A DNA stretch of 64,000 bases. It comes from an uncultured bacterium (GTDB taxonomy: Bacteria > Actinomycetota > Actinomycetes > S36-B12 > CAIKAW01). Both the position numbers and the translations under genes were made by a program. The notes beneath the pieces are model-generated. The model was given only the letters and a program-made list of their open reading frames with translations, was not told the origin of the DNA and did no database searches. Below are positions 9,211-19,480 of the stretch, piece after piece (the stretch's first letter is position 1; the number at the start of each line of letters is the position of its first letter). The DNA is taken from NCBI GenBank assembly GCA_903825575.1, contig CAIKAW010000046.1:12852-76851 (forward strand), read 5' to 3'.

Positions 9211-10743
9211 TCAGTCTGACTTCGCGCCCGTGCCAGGGCCGCGGTGGCGCTGGCGCTGGCGCTTGGGTGCGGTCGAAGCGGCCGGAGCGTCGCTGGATCG
9301 CGGACTGCCAGATTCGGGTGAACGTGGCTTCTTGTCGCGAGCTTTATCGCCGTGACTGGACTTATCGCCGTGACTGGACTTATCGCCGTGACCGGACTTT
9401 CCGCCGCCACCGGACTTTCCGCCGCGGCCAGGCGAATCGTGCTCAGGCTTCTTGCGTAGCTTGCCGGTCTCGCCGAGGTCCTCAACCGTCTCGGCTGCAA
9501 GCCCAGCTCGGGTGCGTTGCGCATTCGGCAGCACGCCGGTGGCGCCGCCTGGAATGCCGAGCCCGGTGTAGACGTGGTCGCTCGAGGAGTAGGTCTCGAC
9601 TGGATCCTTGAATGGCAATCCCAAGGCCTTGTCGATCATCTGCCAGCGCGGTACGTCGTCCCAGTCCACGAAAGTGATCGCAACACCGCTGTTGCCAGCT
9701 CGACCAGTGCGACCTACTCGGTGTAGGTAGGTCTTCTCGTCCTCTGGACAGGCATAGTTCACAACGTGGCTGACTCCATCGACGTCGATTCCACGGGCCG
9801 CCACATCGGTGGCGACAAGAACGTCCACCTTGCCGGCCCGGAAAGCCCGCAGCGCCTGTTCGCGGGCGCCCTGGCCAAGGTCCCCGTGCACGGCAGCGGC
9901 GGCAAAGCCGCGCTCGGTCAGGTCGTCAGCCACCTTCTGGCAGGTGCGCTTGGTCCGGCAGAACACCATGACCAGGCCCCGGCCATCGGCCTGAAGGATC
10001 CGCGCTAATAGTTCTGGTTTGTCTAGGTTGTGAGTCCGCCATACGTGCTGCTCGATCGTGTCGACAATCGCCGTGTCGTCGTTTGGATCGGCTGCCCTGA
10101 TGTGGGTTGGTTGCGACATGTAGCGGCGGGCCAGATTCACGATCTGCCCGGGCATGGTCGCGGAGAACAGCATCGTCTGTCGTTGGGCAGGCACCTGAGA
10201 CACGATTGCCTCAACGTCAGGTAGGAAGCCCATGTCGAGCATTTCGTCGGCTTCGTCAAGTACCAGAGTGCGCACATGTGACAGGTCAAGGTGGCGTTGG
10301 CGGGCCAGGTCAAGGAGTCGGCCAGGCGTTCCAACCACGATATCCACGCCAGCGGTAAGGGCATCAACTTGCGGCTCGTAAGCGCGACCGCCATAGACCG
10401 CCAACACCCGCACGTTACGCAGTCGCCCTGCTTCATCGAGGTCGCGTGCCACCTGGACGCACAACTCGCGCGTAGGCACTACGACCAGGCCTTGGGGCTT
10501 GTTTACGGCCGAAGGAGGGAGTTCTTCGAACCCGGCATCTCCTACGACTTGGACGTTTTGCAACATCGGAATACCGAATCCGAGCGTCTTACCGGTACCC
10601 GTCTTTGCTTGCCCAATCAGGTCATGGCCTTCCAGCGCAAGCGGCAGGCACATTTCTTGGATCAGGAATGGACGAGTGATGCCTTCAGCGGCCAGGGCCT
10701 CGACGGTGGCTGGCAGCACACCAAGATCAGCGAACGTAGTCAG
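9211..10743 (-). CDS. DEAD-box RNA helicase (RhlE/Rv3211-like); probable CTG start
   Basis: AKTGTGKT, PTREL, TPGR, DEAD, SAT, ARGID, HRVGRTGR; in-frame extension CTG-TTFADLG supplies the Q-motif Phe. Confidence 0.93.
   Translation of the reverse strand: MTTFADLGVLPATVEALAAEGITRPFLIQEMCLPLALEGHDLIGQAKTGTGKTLGFGIPMLQNVQVVGDAGFEELPPSAVNKPQGLVVVPTRELCVQVARDLDEAGRLRNVRVLAVYGGRAYEPQVDALTAGVDIVVGTPGRLLDLARQRHLDLSHVRTLVLDEADEMLDMGFLPDVEAIVSQVPAQRQTMLFSATMPGQIVNLARRYMSQPTHIRAADPNDDTAIVDTIEQHVWRTHNLDKPELLARILQADGRGLVMVFCRTKRTCQKVADDLTERGFAAAAVHGDLGQGAREQALRAFRAGKVDVLVATDVAARGIDVDGVSHVVNYACPEDEKTYLHRVGRTGRAGNSGVAITFVDWDDVPRWQMIDKALGLPFKDPVETYSSSDHVYTGLGIPGGATGVLPNAQRTRAGLAAETVEDLGETGKLRKKPEHDSPGRGGKSGGGGKSGHGDKSSHGDKSSHGDKARDKKPRSPESGSPRSSDAPAASTAPKRQRQRHRGPGTGAKSD
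9344..9425. repeat. 18-bp coding tandem repeat (~4.5 units) in helicase C-tail
   Basis: TTATCGCCGTGACTGGAC x2 plus variants; encodes GGKSGG-GGKSGH-GDKSSH-GDKSSH-GDK. Confidence 0.9.
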
Positions 10744-10856
10744 AGCGCAATCCTCACTACAGGGCTGGACCCGGGATCGATCGAGCCGGTGGTGGTCAGC
10801 ACCAACTCGGCCCGACCTCTTGGGAGTCTAGCCTTCGGGCCGACTAGCCTTCGACC

Positions 10857-11540
10857 ATGTCCGGCCATTCTCCAGCGGTTCCCTCCGGCGCAGGGCCCAG
10901 CGCCGGCGTCATTGAGCTGCTTGCCGTCCTTGCAATCGGGGAGTTAACCGGGTTCGAGAGATTGGCCGACGATGCGGCTTTCGCTCCGAATCTGACTGAC
11001 AAAGCTGCTCTTGCCACGCTGGCCACCGCAGAGTTCCGCCATTTTGAGCTGCTGCGCGACCGGCTGGCCGAGCTTGGAGTCGACCCAGAGGTGGCTATGG
11101 CACCGTTCGTGCCGGCCTTGGCTGCTTACCACGGCTACACGGCCCCCAATGATTGGCTTGAGGGGTTGGTGAAGGCCTACATCGGCGATGGCATTGCCAC
11201 CGACTTCTACCGCGAGATCGCCGCCTACGTTGACGACGCTACGCGGGATCTGGTCCTGCAGGTTTGCTCTGACGTGGGTTATGCGGCGTTCGCGGTCGAT
11301 CGAATTCGGGCGGCCATCGAATTGGACGCCCGGGTCGGTGGACGTTTGGCGCTCTGGGGGCGCCGTCTGGTTGGTGAGGCCATTGCCCAGGCGCAAAGCG
11401 TGGCCGCCGAACACGTTGGCCTGTCTGCGTTGCTGCTGGGTGGGTCAGGTGGGGCCGATTTGACCGAGCTCGGCCGGATTATCGACCGGCTGACTGAGAG
11501 CCACGTAAACCGCATGGAGAGTTTGGGGCTGGCCTTCTAG
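10857..11540 (+). CDS. Ferritin-like fold protein (MiaE_2-like)
   Basis: GELTGFERLA.DA, AEFRHF, DWLEGLVKAY.GDG...DFYRE; conserved neighbour of the helicase. Confidence 0.85.
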   Translation: MSGHSPAVPSGAGPSAGVIELLAVLAIGELTGFERLADDAAFAPNLTDKAALATLATAEFRHFELLRDRLAELGVDPEVAMAPFVPALAAYHGYTAPNDWLEGLVKAYIGDGIATDFYREIAAYVDDATRDLVLQVCSDVGYAAFAVDRIRAAIELDARVGGRLALWGRRLVGEAIAQAQSVAAEHVGLSALLLGGSGGADLTELGRIIDRLTESHVNRMESLGLAF

Positions 11541-11628
11541 CCTGAAGGGCCCGACCGCGCGCGTCTACGCGGTGCAGTCGGTTACCCTGATCGTGAGTCG
11601 GATTCCTGCCGACCAGATGGAGGGCGAC

Positions 11629-11853
11629 GTGGAGGTCAAGATCGGCGTGCAGCACGCCGCACGCGAGATCACCTTCGAGAGCAATGCGACGCCCGATGAG
11701 TTGGCGGCGCAGATTACTGCGGCGACAGCCAAGGGCACGCTGCTTACGTTGGTGGACGAAAAGGGCAGACAGATTCTTGTTCCGGGCGATCGAATTGCCT
11801 ACGTTGAGATCGGCGTCGTTGAAGGTCGTCGGGTCGGTTTCGGAGCAATCTAG
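11629..11853 (+). CDS. DUF3107 family protein
   Basis: VEVKIGVQHAAREI...IAYVEIG...RRVGFG; GGAGG RBS before GTG. Confidence 0.9.
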   Translation: MEVKIGVQHAAREITFESNATPDELAAQITAATAKGTLLTLVDEKGRQILVPGDRIAYVEIGVVEGRRVGFGAI

Positions 11854-11871
11854 CCCGCAGGGGCGCCCGCT

Positions 11872-12501
11872 TTAGGTCAAAGTCAGCGGGAAGCCCGAGA
11901 TACCGCGCCACGACAAGCCGGCCACGATTCGGGTGGCTGTCTGCATCGGAACGCTGCCGTTTTCACGCAGCCAGTGTCGTGCCGTCGTCTGAGCTAACCC
12001 GGTCAAAGCCGCCGCGAGCAGCAATGACTCATCGTCGGAAAGTCCGGTATCGGACGCAATCACTTGTGCGATGAGCGCTGCACACTTGCCGTTGACGCTA
12101 TCCAGGCGCTGGCGTACTGCCGGTTCGTTGGACAAGTCGTTTTCGAAGAGCAGTCGGAAGCCTCCGCCAGCGTGATCGACGAAGTCGAAATAGGCCTGGA
12201 TTGTGGCTGTTACTCGAGCCTTGTTGTCGTTGGTTGATTCAAGCGCTTGTTCTACCGCGGCGAGTAGTTGGTCGCTGCTCTGGTCGAGCAGTGCCAAGTA
12301 GAGGTCCAGTTTGCTCGGGAAGTGCTGGTAGAGAATTGGCTTGCTAACCCCAGCGCGTTCGGCGATGTCATCCATGGAGGCGCTGTGGTACCCGACGCCA
12401 ACAAATACTTCCTGGGCAGCGACGAGAACTTGGGCGCGACGCTCGTGTTTTGGTAGGCGGCCTGCTGCGGCAGGACTGGCACTTGACACCGCGGCGTTCA
12501 T
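11872..12501 (-). CDS. TetR family regulator
   Basis: SMDDIAERAGVSKPILYQHFPSK HTH, C-terminal WRGISGFP; TAGGAT-N7-ATG. Confidence 0.92.
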   Translation of the reverse strand: MNAAVSSASPAAAGRLPKHERRAQVLVAAQEVFVGVGYHSASMDDIAERAGVSKPILYQHFPSKLDLYLALLDQSSDQLLAAVEQALESTNDNKARVTATIQAYFDFVDHAGGGFRLLFENDLSNEPAVRQRLDSVNGKCAALIAQVIASDTGLSDDESLLLAAALTGLAQTTARHWLRENGSVPMQTATRIVAGLSWRGISGFPLTLT

Positions 12502-12551
12502 GCCCGCGATCCTAGCGCCGACTTGGCCGTCGTTCGCCGTACAGTGACCGG

Positions 12552-13349
12552 GTGACATCGCTCGACGAGGCCGCCGTAGTCCGCGCGTTGCTTTCTGTCC
12601 CTGGGGTCATCGCTGCTCGCATCGACCCAGAGCCTGATGGCCCAGGAACCTTGATAGTTGACTTGGCGCCGGGCGTTGACGACACGGCCTTGGGAACCGC
12701 AGTTTCGCGGTTGCTGCGCGAACGTTTCGGGCTCGGCGTGGTGGTGCAACGGATTGAGCCCGTGGACGCGACCGGCCAGCAAGGCCCGACTCAATACGAC
12801 AATGACCCGATGGCTGCGGTGCTCCAACTACGTCCAGCACCCCTTAGCAAGGCGGCAGACTCTGCTCCAGTTCCTGATTGGCCGGCTTCCGCAACGTCGT
12901 CGCCGGGCCTTAATCCAGGCGCCGCACTACCGTCGGCCCCAAAGCCTGGACCGAGGCCGAAACTCGGCCGGCTGGGACTCACCCAGGCCGGCCTTGGAAT
13001 ATCGGCGGTCGTCGACCTGACTTGGCCAGGAGATGTGGCGGTTGGACCGCACCGAACCGTGGGCGAAGCCGATGGCCCAGCCACGACTGACGGGGTGCGC
13101 CGGGCGGTTGCGACTGCCACCGCCAGATGTCTAACCGCCGAACTTAGTCCAGGGGTGCGCGTTGATCTCGATGACTTCACCATCGCCACGCTTGGACAGC
13201 GCAAAGTCGCAGTCGTGCGCGTGATTTGGTCATCGGCAGAGGGGATCGTGGCGTTGACGGGGGCCAGCGACGTTCGAGACGACGTTAGGCAGGCGTTGGT
13301 CAGGGCCGTACTTGCTGCAACTAATCGCAAGGTGTCTCGTCCAGTTTGA
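12552..13349 (+). CDS. Hypothetical protein, two domains joined by a Pro/Ala linker
   Basis: 265-aa ORF with TACAGT-N6-GTG start; fills the gap between tetR and the hydrolase. Confidence 0.75.
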   Translation: MTSLDEAAVVRALLSVPGVIAARIDPEPDGPGTLIVDLAPGVDDTALGTAVSRLLRERFGLGVVVQRIEPVDATGQQGPTQYDNDPMAAVLQLRPAPLSKAADSAPVPDWPASATSSPGLNPGAALPSAPKPGPRPKLGRLGLTQAGLGISAVVDLTWPGDVAVGPHRTVGEADGPATTDGVRRAVATATARCLTAELSPGVRVDLDDFTIATLGQRKVAVVRVIWSSAEGIVALTGASDVRDDVRQALVRAVLAATNRKVSRPV

Positions 13350-13371
13350 TCGTCTGGTAGACAATCGCTAC

Positions 13372-14268
13372 ATGACTTCGAATGGACCAGGCACGTGGTT
13401 GCCGTGGCCATTGCGCGACGTGTTGTTGGCGGATCGAACGCTGGCCGTGCGGGAGTCCGGATCCGGGAAGGGCGAGCCGGCGATCTTCATCCATGGGCTC
13501 GGTGGCAGTTCGACGAACTGGACTGATCTGACGGGGTTGCTGGCTGATCAGCTCGACGCTGTTGCCATCGACCTTCCAGGTTTCGGACACACTCCACCAC
13601 CGAGAGACGGTGACTACACCCCGGCAGGGCACGCACGTTCGGTGGCGGCACTTCTTCGTGATCGATTCGATGGCCCGGCACATGTTTTTGGCAATTCGCT
13701 CGGTGGCGCAGTTGCCGTGGAATTAGCCGCGGCCGAACCTGATTTGGTCAAAAGCCTGACGCTAGTTTCGCCGGCGCTTCCTGAGTACCGCCCACGCTTC
13801 ACGAACATTCAGTTGCCGATCGTGAGCACACCTGGAGTTGGGGCTGGATTGTTTAACCAATACCTGAAGCGTGATGTCGCGGCCAGAGTGCGCGACACGA
13901 TCGCAATCTGTTTCCACGATCCTGGTGTCGTGCCGCCGCACCGCCTGACCGAAGCGATCGTCGAGGCTGAACGATGGGGTCGGCTGCCATATGCCTCTGA
14001 TGCGATGCGCTCGTCGCTGCGCGGATTGCTCCTCGGCTACCTCACCCGCAGTGCCAATCCTTGGCGCAAGCTAGGTGAAACCCGGGCGCCAGTGCTAGCG
14101 ATCTACGGACGAGCAGATCAGTTAGTGAACTCTGCGGCAGCATTGCGGATCACTAAATACGTGCCGGGGGCGCGCGTCGTTGTGCTTCCCGGAGTTGGGC
14201 ACGTGGCCCAACTAGAACGTCCGATTGAAGTAGCGACGATGTGGCGCGACTGGCGGGCAACTTTCTAG
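13372..14268 (+). CDS. Alpha/beta hydrolase
   Basis: HGLGGS, DLPGFG, GNSLGG, GH triad. Confidence 0.9.
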   Translation: MTSNGPGTWLPWPLRDVLLADRTLAVRESGSGKGEPAIFIHGLGGSSTNWTDLTGLLADQLDAVAIDLPGFGHTPPPRDGDYTPAGHARSVAALLRDRFDGPAHVFGNSLGGAVAVELAAAEPDLVKSLTLVSPALPEYRPRFTNIQLPIVSTPGVGAGLFNQYLKRDVAARVRDTIAICFHDPGVVPPHRLTEAIVEAERWGRLPYASDAMRSSLRGLLLGYLTRSANPWRKLGETRAPVLAIYGRADQLVNSAAALRITKYVPGARVVVLPGVGHVAQLERPIEVATMWRDWRATF

Positions 14269-14279
14269 CCTTGAAATGC

Positions 14280-14324
14280 CAAACGGCGCCGACCCCCAAG
14301 TAGGGGATCGGCGCCGTTTGTTTT
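14280..14324. terminator. Intrinsic terminator between convergent genes, probably bidirectional
   Basis: CAAACGGCGCCGACCCC-loop-GGGGATCGGCGCCGTTTG followed by TTTT. Confidence 0.85.
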
Positions 14325-14328
14325 GCTG

Positions 14329-15999
14329 CTAGTTGTCGTCGGCAGTCGGGTTACCGTGCTGTCCGGTGAGGTAGCCCTCATGACCGCGTTCGAGTGCCTG
14401 CTCCTCGGCCGATGTGACCTCGTCTGGCAGGTCAATCGTGTGCTTCGGGCCGGTGAACCACTTCTTGGCCGAAAGGTGCCAGCCGATCCAAAGGGCCAGC
14501 AATGCGCCCAAGGTCAGGATCGGTGAGTAGTTGACGAACTTGATGTCGAACGTTGGATCCCAAGGCGCCTGGTTCGGCGAGAAAGGCATGGCGAACCAGA
14601 TGCTCGTCAGCACGATCTCGATGAGCGCTAGCGGCGCCATCCACTTGTACTTGTTGCCCAAGTTCCACGGGCCAGGCTTGAACCGGTCACCATCGCCGAT
14701 ACGCCAGCGCAGGTAGATCGGGATGGCGAACGCCAAGAACAGACCGAACACCGAGATCGAAGTCAGCGCATAGAAGGCCTGCGGAACAATGATGCCGCCA
14801 GCGTTCTTCACCTTGATCAATGCGGGCAAGGTGATCACGAATGCGACAACCCCAGCCCCGACGACTGCGTTGGCCGGCGTCTTGCTCTTGTTCAACTTCG
14901 ACCACAGGTACGACAACGGGACCGCACCGTCACGGCTGAATGCGTACATCATCCGCGAGCACGAAGTCAGGCAGGCGATCGTGCAGAAGAACTGACCCGC
15001 TGTGGCAATTGCCAGTACCAGCGTTGCCATCTTCGGCGAGAGTGCCTGATTGAAGATGGCTCCAATCCAGCCGCCGGCCGCGGTAACACCCTTTTCGTCC
15101 TGAACAGCGAACAGGAACGCCAACTCCAGGGCCCAGCCCGCAATGCCGGAATACAGGATCGAGCGGTACAGGCCCTTGGCGGCACCTGTGGAGGCGTCGT
15201 TCGTCTCTTCTGAAAGGTGAGCCGAAGCGTCGAAGCCGGTGATCGTGTACTGCGTGAGCAGGAATCCGAATGGCAAGACAATCAGGAAGAACAAGAGCCC
15301 CGACGTCTTTCCACCGAACCAACCCGAGTTATTGATCGCGTGCCCGAATACGAACGACGCGCTCGCGTGGTGGGAAGGCAAGATCGCCAAGATCAGCACG
15401 ACCGCAGTAGCGCCCGCCACGTGCCACCACACCGACACGTTGTTAACGACGGCAAGGAGGTGCGAACTGAAGATGTTGATCAGCGCCGCGATCACCAAAA
15501 TGACGGTGAACTCCAGGAAGATCCGCACCGATGGGTAATTACCGTCTGCGTAGCCGCTGGCGTAGGACGCGTTGTAATTCGAGATTGTGTTGTCGAGGAA
15601 GTACGCACAGCCGTAGGCGACTGACGCGACGACGGCAAGCAGGCCAATGAGGTTCAGCCAGCCGGTGTAGTAGGCGGCTTTGGCGTTGCCCAACTTGCTG
15701 GCCCACCAGTAGATACCGCCTGAGGTCGGGAAGGCCGAAACGAGTTCTGACATGCAGAACCCGATGAGCAGGATGAAGATCGCAACGATTGGCCAGCCCC
15801 ATGCGATGACGAGCGGGCCGCCGTAGGTCCAAGCAAAGCTGAAGCTGGTGAAACAGCCCGCGAGGACGGAGATGATGGAGAACGAGATGGCGAAGTTATT
15901 GAACCCGGACCAGGTCCGACTCAACTCCTGCTTGTATCCGAGCTCGGCGAGACGTTGCTCGTCAGCACTCAATTGGGATAGGTCGGCCACGGACCTCAT
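14329..15999 (-). CDS. APC amino acid/amine permease (GABA/choline-permease-like)
   Basis: LAELGYKQEL, FAISFS, PTSGGIY, GFDASAHLSEET, AFSRDG; about 12 TMs; start uncertain. Confidence 0.9.
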   Translation of the reverse strand: MRSVADLSQLSADEQRLAELGYKQELSRTWSGFNNFAISFSIISVLAGCFTSFSFAWTYGGPLVIAWGWPIVAIFILLIGFCMSELVSAFPTSGGIYWWASKLGNAKAAYYTGWLNLIGLLAVVASVAYGCAYFLDNTISNYNASYASGYADGNYPSVRIFLEFTVILVIAALINIFSSHLLAVVNNVSVWWHVAGATAVVLILAILPSHHASASFVFGHAINNSGWFGGKTSGLLFFLIVLPFGFLLTQYTITGFDASAHLSEETNDASTGAAKGLYRSILYSGIAGWALELAFLFAVQDEKGVTAAGGWIGAIFNQALSPKMATLVLAIATAGQFFCTIACLTSCSRMMYAFSRDGAVPLSYLWSKLNKSKTPANAVVGAGVVAFVITLPALIKVKNAGGIIVPQAFYALTSISVFGLFLAFAIPIYLRWRIGDGDRFKPGPWNLGNKYKWMAPLALIEIVLTSIWFAMPFSPNQAPWDPTFDIKFVNYSPILTLGALLALWIGWHLSAKKWFTGPKHTIDLPDEVTSAEEQALERGHEGYLTGQHGNPTADDN

Positions 16000-16103
16000 C
16001 CCCTCCTTCGAAGAGTTGGGCATGACGGACCACCCGCCATTGCCGTAGGTATATCGGACTAGGAGGCACTTTGGAACGAACTCGCCGAGGTTGGCGAAGA
16101 TTC

Positions 16104-16132
16104 GGTCTAGACCACGAGCCCGTTGGCGTCAA
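16104..16132 (-). promoter_or_regulatory. Permease promoter with GntR/HutC-type operator over the -10
   Basis: Minus strand TTGACG-N17-TAGACC; palindrome GGTCTAGACC at 16104-16113. Confidence 0.7.
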
Positions 16133-16168
16133 GCCGGTAGCGCCTACTTACCGATAATTCTGCTTGCC

Positions 16169-16951
16169 TCAACTGGCCGGGTCGGCCTGCGAGTTGGCCC
16201 CACTGCGGACCATGATCCGCAGTCGATCAGTGCGAAATAGGTCTCGCGCAAACTCGATAGGTAGCCCACCGACGGTGCGAGCCAGTCGTTCAATGAGCAT
16301 CAGCGCAGTGCCCGCCGGGACCGCCAATCCGGTGGCCTCGGTTTGACTGGCGATCACGGGCTCGAGGAATTCAACAGCTGTGGCCGGCTCGCGGTCATAG
16401 GTCGAACGCAGGAGGTCATAGAGCGAACCGGCCAGTGGTTGGCGGAGGAATCCGGGCAAATTTGCGGCCGGAAGAAATGATCGCTCCAACGCCACGGGGA
16501 CTTCGCCGGCACAGCGCAACCTGACGATCTCAAAAACTGGTTCGCCCAGCCTGATCTCTAGTTTGCTCGCCACCTCACCGGATGCTGGGATTTCCTGTGC
16601 CGAAATCACCCTGGTCGTAACCGACCGACCGCTGCGGCGCATTTGCTCGGTGAACCCGAGCAGGCCAGTCAGGTCGCACTCGACGCGGGGTTCCTTGATG
16701 AACGCTCCGCCAAAGCGCCCGGCCGTGCGTTCGATCACGCCGCGCTGCTCTAAGGCGGCCAATGCTTGCCGCAAAGTCATCCGGCTTACTCCAAATGCAG
16801 CCGCGAATTCGCGCTCGGCGGGAAGTTTGTCCCCGGCGAGCAATTCGCCGCGCTCAACGGCCTCGGCAATCCAGCGCTCAATGCGCTCATGCGCCGGGCG
16901 GCTCTGGTCGCCTTGCGCGATTACCGCTCGCGCGGTCACATCGTCGATCAC
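16169..16951 (-). CDS. GntR family regulator, HutC/UTRA subfamily
   Basis: [21 protein letters not shown] wHTH plus UTRA domain; GGAGG before GTG 16951. Confidence 0.9.
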   Translation of the reverse strand: MIDDVTARAVIAQGDQSRPAHERIERWIAEAVERGELLAGDKLPAEREFAAAFGVSRMTLRQALAALEQRGVIERTAGRFGGAFIKEPRVECDLTGLLGFTEQMRRSGRSVTTRVISAQEIPASGEVASKLEIRLGEPVFEIVRLRCAGEVPVALERSFLPAANLPGFLRQPLAGSLYDLLRSTYDREPATAVEFLEPVIASQTEATGLAVPAGTALMLIERLARTVGGLPIEFARDLFRTDRLRIMVRSGANSQADPAS

Positions 16952-17080
16952 GTCCACCTCCGAACCTCCGCGCCAATAGGTACCACGTTTGACAAGCCAC
17001 ACGTTGTATCTTGTCGGCACTGTTGCGTTTGGTCTCTGGTCGAGCCCGGCTCGGCAATTCGGCTCGTCGAGGGGGGCGCA

Positions 17081-18454
17081 ATGGCAATCAGTGTGCTGGA
17101 CATCTTCAAGGTCGGCATCGGGCCCTCGTCATCTCACACGGTCGGGCCAATGCGGGCGGCCCGGACTTTTGCGCTGGGCCTGGAGACCGAAGGCGTGTTG
17201 GGCGCGGTCGTTGCCGTCCGCGCTGAGTTGTTTGGTTCGCTGGGGGCGACGGGCCATGGCCACGGGTCGCCTAAGGCCGTGGTGCTTGGGTTGATGGGTG
17301 CCCAGCCCGACCATGTCGACGTGGATCATGCCGAGACCGCGGTGCAGCAGGCCCGGGCAGCTGGGTCCTTAGCGTTGCTGGGGTCACACGAAATCACCTT
17401 CAATGTCGACGAAGACATCATCATGCACCGGCGCAAGTCGTTGCCTTTCCATCCCAACGGCATGACATTCGCCGCCTTCGACAGCGCCGGCAAAGTGTTG
17501 CGCGAGCGGACTTACTACTCGGTTGGCGGCGGATTCGTTGTCGACGAAGATGCCGCTGGGGCAGAGCGAATCAAAGTCGACGATCGGGTAGTTGCCTATC
17601 CATATCGCACCGGGGATGAACTACTGGCGCACGCCAAAGCCTCCGGCCTGCCCATCAGTTCGATCATGTTGGCCAATGAGGCATCGTGGCGGCCGGAGAG
17701 CGAAACCCGGGTCGCACTCCTGAACATCTGGTCAGTTATGCAGGCGTGTGTCCAACGCGGCTATACAGCCGAAGGAGTGCTTCCGGGCTCGCTTAAGGTC
17801 CGTCGCCGAGCCCCCGCCGTACACCGGGCGTTGTCCAACGACCATGACGCGTTCGACCCACTGCACCAACTCGACTGGGTGAACCTGTTCGCCCTGTCGG
17901 TAAATGAAGAGAACGCCGCGGGTGGGCGGGTAGTGACGGCGCCCACCAACGGTGCAGCCGGTGTAGTTCCAGCTGTCTTGCACTATTTCCGTCGGTTTGT
18001 TCGCCGTGCCGATGACGAGGGTGTGATTCGTTTTCTGCTCACCGCCGGTGCGATCGGGGCTATCTATTTGGAAACCGCCTCGATTTCTGGAGCCGAGGTT
18101 GGTTGCCAAGGCGAGGTTGGATCGGCTTGCTCGATGGCGGCAGCCGCGCTGTGCGAGGTACTCGGCGGTTCGGCGGCCCAGGTCGAGAACGCCGCTGAAA
18201 TCGGCATGGAACACAATCTCGGGCTGACCTGCGACCCGGTAGGTGGGTTGGTGCAAATCCCTTGCATCGAGCGCAATGCCATGGGTGCGGTGAAAGCGAT
18301 AAACGCCGCGCGCATGGCCCTAAGTGGCGACGGCAGTCACTTCGTCAGCCTTGACATGGTCATCAAGACGATGCGCCAGACCGGAATGGATATGAAGGTC
18401 ATCTACAAGGAGACCTCGCGCGGTGGGCTGGCAGTAAACGTAATCGAATGCTGA
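17081..18454 (+). CDS. sdaA: L-serine ammonia-lyase, Fe-S dependent
   Basis: [46 protein letters not shown]. Confidence 0.95.
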   Translation: MAISVLDIFKVGIGPSSSHTVGPMRAARTFALGLETEGVLGAVVAVRAELFGSLGATGHGHGSPKAVVLGLMGAQPDHVDVDHAETAVQQARAAGSLALLGSHEITFNVDEDIIMHRRKSLPFHPNGMTFAAFDSAGKVLRERTYYSVGGGFVVDEDAAGAERIKVDDRVVAYPYRTGDELLAHAKASGLPISSIMLANEASWRPESETRVALLNIWSVMQACVQRGYTAEGVLPGSLKVRRRAPAVHRALSNDHDAFDPLHQLDWVNLFALSVNEENAAGGRVVTAPTNGAAGVVPAVLHYFRRFVRRADDEGVIRFLLTAGAIGAIYLETASISGAEVGCQGEVGSACSMAAAALCEVLGGSAAQVENAAEIGMEHNLGLTCDPVGGLVQIPCIERNAMGAVKAINAARMALSGDGSHFVSLDMVIKTMRQTGMDMKVIYKETSRGGLAVNVIEC

Positions 18455-18468
18455 TCACCTAGTACAGC

Positions 18469-19431
18469 TCAATCGTCGCGGGCGGCCTCGTCCAGCAGTT
18501 GCTCAAAATGGGGACCGTCAAATTCTGAAACTGCCCGGTCGTACTTTTCCATGCCCCACTCCCAGAAATCGAAGTCAAGGGTGCTGGAGCCGTCCTGGAT
18601 TGACGCCCATAGTGTCCATCCGTACTTGGACACCAGCCCGAGGAGTCGGGCCCGTGCAATTCGATTACGCAGGTGTCGGCCGTAGTACGCGGTTACTAGA
18701 TGTTCAAGTTCGTTCAGGCCCAGGGTTGATTCGCTCCACACGTTGCCCAACTCGAAGCAAGCGTCGTTGTTTCCGGAGTACTCATAGTCGATCAACCAAA
18801 TCTTGTTCCCATCGTCAATGAAGTTTCCTGCCAGCAGATCGTTGTTGCAGGGCACGGTGCCGACGTCTTGCACCTTCAACGCTTCCCTTATACGAGCCAC
18901 TTGTGGAAGGAATTCGTCGTATCGGGCGGGGAGCCGAAAGCCACGTTCGCGGACGGTGGCGTAGTAGCGGCTCTGGATTTGGAACATGTCGAAGTCGCCC
19001 TGGAACCGTGGTCCCTCGTGCAACTGTCGGCACGCGCGCGCTACCCGCGTTAGGTTCTGGTGGTCGGCTAGATCCTCGGCCGTGTAGGTGCGTCCCGGTA
19101 GGAACCCCACCACGAGCATTGCCTCGCCCGGCCGGTAGGCCACAACCGGTGCGCCCACCCCGGCGGTCGCCGCGGCGGCGCTGTTGTGGAACTCGGCATC
19201 TCGATCGATCGCAAGTAAGGCTCCGTCGCTGGAGTACAACCGCGCCACGAAACTTCCTGCCGGCGTGCTCACGCGCAGGTTTACGTTCGTGAGCCCACCG
19301 CTTAGCCGAACGACCTGACGTGGGAGTTCAGCCAGTTCCGGGACGCTGGCCAGCCGGTCGGCTACCGCGGCCTGTGGCCAAGGTAGGTCGGATGTGCCAA
19401 ACCACGTGTCGCTGGCCGATGGGTGCATCAA
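18469..19431 (-). CDS. Choline/ethanolamine kinase-like phosphotransferase
   Basis: GGLTNVN, CNNDLLAGN (Brenner-like motif), LIDYEY, FELGN. Confidence 0.85.
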   Translation of the reverse strand: MMHPSASDTWFGTSDLPWPQAAVADRLASVPELAELPRQVVRLSGGLTNVNLRVSTPAGSFVARLYSSDGALLAIDRDAEFHNSAAAATAGVGAPVVAYRPGEAMLVVGFLPGRTYTAEDLADHQNLTRVARACRQLHEGPRFQGDFDMFQIQSRYYATVRERGFRLPARYDEFLPQVARIREALKVQDVGTVPCNNDLLAGNFIDDGNKIWLIDYEYSGNNDACFELGNVWSESTLGLNELEHLVTAYYGRHLRNRIARARLLGLVSKYGWTLWASIQDGSSTLDFDFWEWGMEKYDRAVSEFDGPHFEQLLDEAARDD

Positions 19432-19480
19432 GATGGCCTTTCAGGATCGGTTCGGCGATGTTAGACGCCAGCCGGGTTGT

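Noticed and set aside
16766-17080. 105-aa N-terminal extension of SdaA in the ORF track
   Set aside because: Overlaps gntR antisense; family sequence starts at ATG 17081, which has an RBS
17020-17080. Glycine riboswitch upstream of sdaA
   Set aside because: Region too short and lacks the GGAGA/CCGAAG/CTCTCAGG core
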